Origin: Nitrosopumilales archaeon
Lineage (GTDB): Archaea; Thermoproteota; Nitrososphaeria; Nitrososphaerales; Nitrososphaeraceae
Direction: 5' to 3'
Assembly (NCBI GenBank): GCA_044507735.1
Contig: JBIQJB010000001.1
Span: 96,001-160,000 of the forward strand
Length of the DNA stretch: 64,000 nucleotides
Position 1 is the stretch's first letter; each line of letters opens with the position of its first letter. The position numbers and the translations under genes are program-made. Below, piece by piece: positions 57,798-64,000 of the stretch. The notes beneath the pieces are model-generated. The model was not told the origin of the DNA. It ran no database searches and worked only from the letters and a program-made list of their open reading frames with translations.

Positions 57798-58496
57798 CTA
57801 GCCAACTCGAGCCCGTACAAGTTCGTACTGATACTGCAGCTGGTCTTGTTCATCATAGACTTCTGCTTTAACCGGCAGCGGCATATCTCTGACGACCCAG
57901 ACCTTGCTCGTGTTTTCTTCCAGCTTGTAGCTCAGCACAAAGGCATCAAAAGTGCCTGCCTGGGTCTGGATCGTCTCTTCGCCTGTCACTCTGATTATGA
58001 CTTGGGACGACTGGTAGAATATTTGTTGCCAGGGCGCACCCACCACAAGATACTTGGCGCTGGTACCATACTCCCAGTCTCGGACAGCAAAGATCGATTC
58101 CTGTATTGGCTCAAAGTATGGTCTAAAGGAGCTGTCCAGCTGTCCTTCGCGTGTAAGCTCCTTTGACATCTTCATCGTATTTCTTACCGCCGGTTCAGTT
58201 CCATTTACTATGGTAAACGTCACGTTCCAACCATCCCCCGATTGTTCAAAGACCATAGACACGTTGGCAGATTGGAGGGAGCTTATTTCCGCATTGGATG
58301 TCAAGATATAGTCAAGTTCCATCCCATCATGAATGTTGTCGCCTACTATCCAAATGTCTGCATCCGTAGGTGGGTTGAACGCGGCGCCCGCAGGACCTTC
58401 AAATCCGCCACCTGCTGCAATGATACCTACGCTCACCCCTACGCCGACTACGGCAAAAATCGCAGTCATGATAGCTATGCGCTGCTTTGGAGACAC
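57798..58496 (-). CDS. Membrane-anchored hypothetical protein
   Basis: N-terminal TM; ETIQTQAGTFD..SKVWVVRDMPLPVKA resembles part of 21133-22308. Confidence 0.75.
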   Translation of the reverse strand: MSPKQRIAIMTAIFAVVGVGVSVGIIAAGGGFEGPAGAAFNPPTDADIWIVGDNIHDGMELDYILTSNAEISSLQSANVSMVFEQSGDGWNVTFTIVNGTEPAVRNTMKMSKELTREGQLDSSFRPYFEPIQESIFAVRDWEYGTSAKYLVVGAPWQQIFYQSSQVIIRVTGEETIQTQAGTFDAFVLSYKLEENTSKVWVVRDMPLPVKAEVYDEQDQLQYQYELVRARVG

Positions 58497-58540
58497 GATA
58501 CAGATCCAGTGCCAGAGGTTATTTAAGGATAGGTCTTATT

Positions 58541-58798
58541 CTATTTTTCAATATCTGGCGCGACGTACTCGCCGATCTGATTGTATATTTTCAGGAATCG
58601 ATTGCCCTTGTCTGTAGTCTTGTAGACTTGATCGCCTTCGATATATTCCAGCAGTCCATTTTCAACGAGCACCGACAAGTACTCCTTGAGCTGTGCGTAC
58701 GATAGGAACGCTTTGTACATGATCTTGGTTTTTGTGACGCCACCGTTTGCGGCTTCTAGAATTTGAGCAGTTATGTCCGTTCTGCTTCTATATTTCAT
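58541..58798 (-). CDS. Winged-helix DNA-binding protein
   Basis: MKYRSRTDITAQILE..TKTKIMYKAFLSYAQL..TTDKG. Confidence 0.88.
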   Translation of the reverse strand: MKYRSRTDITAQILEAANGGVTKTKIMYKAFLSYAQLKEYLSVLVENGLLEYIEGDQVYKTTDKGNRFLKIYNQIGEYVAPDIEK

Positions 58799-58894
58799 GC
58801 CTATCGTAGATGCTGACGTTCATAAAAGCGTCTCGAATAAATCGTACAGAAGATAATTCTCTAATCCTGCTCCATGCAAAAGAAAGGAATGGGG

Positions 58895-59311
58895 TTAGGC
58901 AGGGCTAGTTGATGTTGTTGTTGTTCTTGTTGTCGTGGTCTTTTCCTTTGGGGCTTCTTTTGTGACCGTGTCCTTCATAGTCTGAGCTGCGTTTCTCGCG
59001 GTATTGCTCGTCTCTTCGGCTGCGCTTATCGTTTCCCTGATGACGCCTCTCTGCTTCAGCTCGTTTGCGACTTCGTTTATTTCCTTAGCACTGTCGCGAG
59101 CAGCTATGGTGGCCTCGCGCACTGCTTCTGTAAGCTCTTCAATTGCGCCGCTCTGTCTTATGATCCTGACAGACTCGCGCATTCTGGCTGACTCTTCTCT
59201 GATCCTCTTTGCAATATTTTTGATCGCTTCTGCAGTCTGCTCTGGCGTCATTTCCTTGATGCTCGTAGTGGTGCCAGAATTACTATTACTTTCAGTAGTG
59301 GACATGGACAT
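58895..59311 (-). CDS. Alpha-helical/coiled-coil hypothetical protein
   Basis: Ala/Glu/Arg-rich helical sequence, Thr-rich termini. Confidence 0.7.
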   Translation of the reverse strand: MSMSTTESNSNSGTTTSIKEMTPEQTAEAIKNIAKRIREESARMRESVRIIRQSGAIEELTEAVREATIAARDSAKEINEVANELKQRGVIRETISAAEETSNTARNAAQTMKDTVTKEAPKEKTTTTRTTTTSTSPA

Positions 59312-59349
59312 TAATATGATATCATCCTATAAAAGAGGCGCCATCGCCA

Positions 59350-59841
59350 TTACTTTTGGCCGCTCAACGCACTTCTTGTTTCGCGTACTGCTTCCTCTGC
59401 GTTGCGGATCACGCCATCCTTCTTTGACTCTGCTACGGTAATCTTTAGTTCGTCCATTAGGCCAGAAATTGACCTGAGCATCTCTTTGATTGCATCGATA
59501 GTTTCACCCATGTTGCCTCCTCCAGATCCGACTGAGCGTATGGTTTCTTTGGCTGACTTCATGGTCTCCCGCGCTTCATCAAGGAGGCCAGAGCTCTTTG
59601 CCTCCATCGTAATTTTCTCCATCCTTGCGCTCGTGCTATCTATGGACTCCATCATCTTGCGCATATTCTCTATGTTTGTGACCATGGCAGGGTCCTTGAG
59701 CGATTCTATTATCTCGCGGGCTGTCTTGGCCACTTCGCGGATCTTTTCAAGCGACTCTTGCACGTCTGGCGAACCAAGTTCTCTGATTATCTCTACAGCG
59801 TCAGATGCGGTTTCCTTGATATCTTTGAGCTTTTCTGGCAT
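59350..59841 (-). CDS. Alpha-helical/coiled-coil hypothetical protein
   Basis: Amphipathic helical pattern, no aromatic residues. Confidence 0.7.
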   Translation of the reverse strand: MPEKLKDIKETASDAVEIIRELGSPDVQESLEKIREVAKTAREIIESLKDPAMVTNIENMRKMMESIDSTSARMEKITMEAKSSGLLDEARETMKSAKETIRSVGSGGGNMGETIDAIKEMLRSISGLMDELKITVAESKKDGVIRNAEEAVRETRSALSGQK

Positions 59842-59926
59842 TCACAATACTAATGCGCTCTCGGTTAATTGCAGAGCGGTAAAAGGTTCCAGTGCTTATT
59901 TTCTATAACAAGCATTATTGCTGCCG

Positions 59927-60325
59927 TCACATGCTCATCTTCATTATCCGTTCCCACAACTTGTAGGGAACCGGCATCACTGACAGCCTTGGAATCCGCA
60001 CAAGCTCCCACTCTGAAAATAAGGGGTCTTGCTTTATTGCAGCAAGTGTCACGGGTTTGGCAAGTCTGGCTACTGGCCCGACATCGACTACTGTGAGCGA
60101 CTTGTCATTTGAGTCTGGGTATGGGTCAGAAATTATCTCGATTATCCCGACTACCTGTTTTTCGTCGCCCGTATGATAGAAAAGCGCTCTGTCTCCCCTT
60201 TTCACGGTCTTCAAGTGCTTGAGTGCGAGGTTGTTTGCAACCCCGTCCCATACCGTCCTGCCATCCTTTTCAAGTTGTGAATAGTTGTATGTAGAGGGTT
60301 CTTCCTTGAACAGCCAATATGCCAT
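59927..60325 (-). CDS. EVE domain protein
   Basis: YWLFKEEP, WDGVAN, ALFYH, PRLSVMPV..W. Confidence 0.92.
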   Translation of the reverse strand: MAYWLFKEEPSTYNYSQLEKDGRTVWDGVANNLALKHLKTVKRGDRALFYHTGDEKQVVGIIEIISDPYPDSNDKSLTVVDVGPVARLAKPVTLAAIKQDPLFSEWELVRIPRLSVMPVPYKLWERIMKMSM

Positions 60326-60358
60326 GTACGTCAGGTATGGCAGGTATGTGGTAAAAAA

Positions 60359-60730
60359 TTATGCGACGTCTGCGGTGGTTACTTTTTCCTTGTTCTTTTC
60401 TGTGTCGATGTTAAGGCTCTCAGTCGGAGTGCGTGTGTCGTGCAGCTTGTCGAGGTTGGCTTCATATGCCATACAGCAGCCGTGCGGTGCAATCACCGAA
60501 GATTCTTTCCCAAGAACATCCCTGCCATTGTTTTCCACTAGCATGCATCTGCCTCCGCTATGGTTAATCCAGTAGATGCAGTTGTAGCAAAAATAGCCTT
60601 CGTGCAGGTTAGAATCTGCAAACTTGTCATACTCTACATACGATGCCTGAAGCTTGCTCCTCTTCTTGAACTTGGTCAGGTTGTCTAGATTGCCAAAAGT
60701 TTCCTTGATCTTCTGTTCCATGTCTATCAT
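60359..60730 (-). CDS. HiPIP-like Cys4 protein 2
   Basis: GYFCYNCIYW..C.LVE..VIAPHGCC..Y; ATG at 60730, 1 nt after the upstream stop. Confidence 0.7.
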   Translation of the reverse strand: MIDMEQKIKETFGNLDNLTKFKKRSKLQASYVEYDKFADSNLHEGYFCYNCIYWINHSGGRCMLVENNGRDVLGKESSVIAPHGCCMAYEANLDKLHDTRTPTESLNIDTEKNKEKVTTADVA

Positions 60731-60731
60731 G

Positions 60732-60992
60732 TTATCGCGTCTCCTTTTCATTTGGGCCCCAGAGAGTGCATACGCCATGTGGAGCAATAACGTGAGACTC
60801 TTTGTTGTCGACATCCTGCCCACTATCTTCTACTATGGCGCAATGATGGTCCGGGATAAAGAAGGTACAGTTGTAGCAGAAATATCCCGTGTGAAGATCT
60901 GCATTCTTAAAGTGGTCTATTTCAAGGTACCCTGAAACTGCCTTTGAGAGCTTTGGATATTGCTTCTCAGTCGCGATAACCTCATTTGCCAT
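60732..60992 (-). CDS. HiPIP-like Cys4 protein 1
   Basis: KLSKAVSGY..GYFCYNCTFFI..C.IVE..VIAPHGVCTLW. Confidence 0.75.
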   Translation of the reverse strand: MANEVIATEKQYPKLSKAVSGYLEIDHFKNADLHTGYFCYNCTFFIPDHHCAIVEDSGQDVDNKESHVIAPHGVCTLWGPNEKETR

Positions 60993-61048
60993 GTTTGCAG
61001 CGTCGCGTTATGGTATAAAACAACTTTAGCAGTTTTATCTGATGGGAG

Positions 61049-61261
61049 TTAGTTGCCCCTCTTCCTCTCAAGCATCCTTGCCAGCCTTTTCAGCCTTGAC
61101 CATCGTAGCGCCAGCTTACCACCGACTATGACAGCCACAATGACCGCCCAGACCCACAGCGGCGGACTTTCCACTAGATCTATTTTGCCATCCTGGGAAT
61201 TTATGTCCTTCTTCTTTTTTCGTTTTCTTCTGCCAGCACTTCTTCCGACAGAGCCTTTCAT
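61049..61261 (-). CDS. Possible small membrane protein
   Basis: One hydrophobic helix flanked by basic residues; start uncertain. Confidence 0.35.
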   Translation of the reverse strand: MKGSVGRSAGRRKRKKKKDINSQDGKIDLVESPPLWVWAVIVAVIVGGKLALRWSRLKRLARMLERKRGN

Positions 61262-61276
61262 AGACCGACATGGCCA

Positions 61277-61528
61277 CTAGGGCACCGGTGTCAATGTACG
61301 CGGGGCCATTTGTGCCGCAGCGGATACAGTTATCTTCAGCATTGCATCAACTTTGGTGTGTCGCTCATTTTCCAGCTTGCAGCCAAGGGATGTCACCAAA
61401 TCAGCGGAGATTCCCGCGATGTTTTTCAGTACATCGAAATATTGTCGCTCTATGGGGTGCCAAGGCCACCGTTTGTTGCTGAATCCAAGCTGTATCTGAG
61501 TGTGCAAAAAATTCGCGCGGACTGCCAT
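61277..61528 (-). CDS. Possible hypothetical protein
   Basis: ATG-started ORF co-oriented with neighbours; no motif. Confidence 0.3.
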   Translation of the reverse strand: MAVRANFLHTQIQLGFSNKRWPWHPIERQYFDVLKNIAGISADLVTSLGCKLENERHTKVDAMLKITVSAAAQMAPRTLTPVP

Positions 61529-61777
61529 CGGATGCTTTAGGGAGCCGAAGGGTAGTTAAGGGGACGGGATTGTTTCTATTCTGTGTTTTTCAGTCCCTAC
61601 AGGCATGGGAGTCTCTGGAGCATTTGCTTTAACGCGCAAACAGACGTGAGAAAGCGATGGGGCAGTCAGATGCTATCGACAGGATTCCTTGGGTTGCTGT
61701 CTACGGGTCGATATGCGACCAAGACTTGGAACAAGGGAAAGGAGACAAGAAGAAAAAGAAGGAATTGACATTAACAG

Positions 61778-63046
61778 ATGTCCATCGTGTCATCATCGTC
61801 ACCAAAGATCGATCGGCTGGCAGGAATAGAATGCTATTGTACTAGCTTTGCTGGCACTGGCGGATACATAAAGCAGGGAAGCGAAAGCTTTAGAGTTTCA
61901 GAGCTGGTTGATGAGTCCCTTGCTGGTAGCATATCGCCGATCTTTGATGAGCGTCATCGCTATCCTGTGTATCTGCTTGAAAAACGAGGTATTGATTCCA
62001 ACCATGCCCTCCTGGAAATTGAGCGCGAGTGTCGCATCCGGCTCAGAGTGATGGGGATAAAGGATGCTAAGGCCGTCACGACCCAGTATGCAGGCTCTGA
62101 CAGAATCATGAGGACTCCGCCGGCGGAGCTCAAGAGCACACATACTCGACTTACACTCAAAGGATTTACAAAGAGGCCTCTTGGCAAGGAATTTCTCGCG
62201 GGTAACAAGTTTGATATAACTATTCAAGACCCGCGCTCACGTGACCTGTCAGAGCTTGTCCCACAGATATGCAAGGTAGGTAACTTTTACGGCCTCCAGA
62301 GGTTTGGGAGCGAAAGACTGGTGACGCACCTTGTCGGCAGGGAAATAGTAAAACGAAACTTTAAGCGCGCGGTAGAGCTGCTGCTGTCATATACTACGGA
62401 ATACGACACACCGATGAGCCGAGAGATTAGGACAAAGAGCGCCGATCCTGGAAACTATAGGCAGGTATTGAGGACGTTGCCAAGAGGGATGGACATCGAG
62501 CGGCTGGTGATTTCTGCCCTTGTCGCCGGCAGGGACTCGATAGCGGCCCTTCGCGCAGTTCCAATAACTATCCGGCGGCTCTTCGTACAAGCTTACCAAG
62601 CATACATCTTTAACAAGTGTCTCAGCGCCGCAATAGCCAACGGCGAAGACCTGAGTCAGCCGAAAGAAGGGGATTTGTGCTTCGAGATGGAGGGGCCGGC
62701 AACCTTTGGAAGAATACTCAAATTCAATCCCGATTCAAAATCGAAAATGGTTCCGGCGATCAGGATGGCAGGATACAGCTTCCAGCCAGGAAAGGGAAGG
62801 TTTGAAAATATTACCAAACAAATAATGGAACAGGAAGACGTAACGGCAAGAGACTTTTACATAAAGGAGATGCAGGAGCTCAGTCATCAGGGAGGTTTTA
62901 GACAGGCGCCGTTATGGTGTATGGACTTTTCATACAGCAAGAGCCCCGCACTGACTGTTTCATTCAAGCTTCCAAAGGGATCATACGCGACTACCCTCTT
63001 GCGAGAAATAATCAAGCCAAAGGACCCAATCAAGAGTGGATTTTAG
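61778..63046 (+). CDS. truD: tRNA pseudouridine(13) synthase
   Basis: GIKDAKAVTTQY, GNKF, NFYGLQRFG, FKLPKGSYATTLLRE. Confidence 0.95.
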   Translation: MSIVSSSSPKIDRLAGIECYCTSFAGTGGYIKQGSESFRVSELVDESLAGSISPIFDERHRYPVYLLEKRGIDSNHALLEIERECRIRLRVMGIKDAKAVTTQYAGSDRIMRTPPAELKSTHTRLTLKGFTKRPLGKEFLAGNKFDITIQDPRSRDLSELVPQICKVGNFYGLQRFGSERLVTHLVGREIVKRNFKRAVELLLSYTTEYDTPMSREIRTKSADPGNYRQVLRTLPRGMDIERLVISALVAGRDSIAALRAVPITIRRLFVQAYQAYIFNKCLSAAIANGEDLSQPKEGDLCFEMEGPATFGRILKFNPDSKSKMVPAIRMAGYSFQPGKGRFENITKQIMEQEDVTARDFYIKEMQELSHQGGFRQAPLWCMDFSYSKSPALTVSFKLPKGSYATTLLREIIKPKDPIKSGF

Positions 63047-63587
63047 CATTTTGGGAGAGTAAGAAAAGAAAGAGTTAGACGAAGATCATTTACTCTGGCG
63101 GCATTTGAAACGCCGAATCTCAAGAATATGGTCATTAAGTGCAGTATTGCACGAGCACTAATGATGATGGTGGTGGTGCCGCTTGGTAAAAGACGATCTT
63201 CTATACTTCCGATGAGAGGATGGAGAGGCGCGGAGGTGGGCAAGCAATTGTTATCAACCCAGATGGCACATCACAGAAATATGCTCAAGGGGCCCGATGA
63301 AAGCAGAAGAAGGGAAGCTTGATCTGCCTCTTCACGTATCTCTGAGTATCACAGCGGCGGACTGACAACTGACCCTGAGATCTGAATGCGGCCAGAAATA
63401 TTGGAAGACGGGTTTGGATCAAGCCCTTGCAGAGACAGAGCCTCTGCTTGTATGACGTCAGCAGCAAGAAAAAACGGACAAGCCAGTCTCAGCCGAGGGA
63501 ATAATGAGCCTCTGAAACTGTTTGCGAGTAGTTCGCCCTGAGCACCTTATTATATGGCACCCAAGTTTAAGAAAGACGCGCAACAAA

Positions 63588-64000
63588 ATGCTCGGCGGGA
63601 AAGGCCTTAGGGAAACGATAGATGAGAACCTTGCAAAGTTGCACGAGGACCTTAGCATCAAGATAGACAAAAAGAATCCAGACAGGATCCATGCAGAAGA
63701 AGCGTGTGGATGCACCAGGTTCGCATATTATGAGCGCAAGGATCCAATACCTGAGGACAACCGTTTCATCATTTCAAGCCTCTTGGAAGATGGAATGCGC
63801 AAGTCGCTGACCAACAAACGCGGAGAGTACCAGGTCGACAATCTGTCGCTTGAAGTAAGCGCAGACCTGATAATGGCGGATGAGTTTGTCGTAAGATTCG
63901 AGATCGTCCCCACACTTCCTGAAGTTCCACACCCGCGCCATCTTTTGTATCTGAACGCATGCCTGTTTGCATTGAACAAGTCAGAGGGCATCCTGATCTA
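63588..64000 (+). CDS. 3'-truncated Cas4/PD-(D/E)XK-like protein
   Basis: Absent from the ORF track (runs off window): MLGGKGLRETIDE..RIHAEEACGCTRFAYYER..SADLIM..VVRFE..PHPRHLLYLNACL. Confidence 0.65.
   Translation, partial: MLGGKGLRETIDENLAKLHEDLSIKIDKKNPDRIHAEEACGCTRFAYYERKDPIPEDNRFIISSLLEDGMRKSLTNKRGEYQVDNLSLEVSADLIMADEFVVRFEIVPTLPEVPHPRHLLYLNACLFALNKSEGILI

Noticed and set aside
63047-63587. Gene or pseudogene between truD and the Cas4-like ORF
   Set aside because: Only short low-complexity ORFs; nothing recognisable
1-64000. CRISPR array or rRNA genes
   Set aside because: No regularly spaced repeats or rRNA signature sequences seen by eye

Overview
Chromosomal window of an ammonia-oxidising archaeon (Nitrososphaerota/Thaumarchaeota, most like Nitrososphaera), judged from amoA/amoB/amoC/amoX, archaeal information genes (rpl21e, rpo4, rpo11, TFS, PCNA, RadA family, GlyRS, TruD), a split-subunit-II heme-copper oxidase cluster, a 3HP/4HB-cycle-type reductase and tetrapyrrole/cobalamin genes. 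It has two tRNA genes: Pro(UGG), and Lys(CUU) with a 22-nt intron at position 42/43. A ~3.7-kb island with no recognisable integrase lies between the tRNA-Lys 3' end and an 18/19-bp copy of it, and contains a frameshifted IS6 element with intact TIRs and an 8-bp TSD. The best leads are: (i) two tandem HiPIP-like Cys4 proteins without export signals next to an EVE-domain gene; (ii) an ~820-bp hairpin-dense spacer between amoX and amoA with no credible ORF, whose G-U pairs favour the antisense strand; (iii) a duplicated TATA-plus-palindrome operator resembling DtxR-family boxes; (iv) an identical 11-bp promoter element at the same spacing before amoA and amoC. All family assignments come from visual motif recognition; no searches or folding computations were run.
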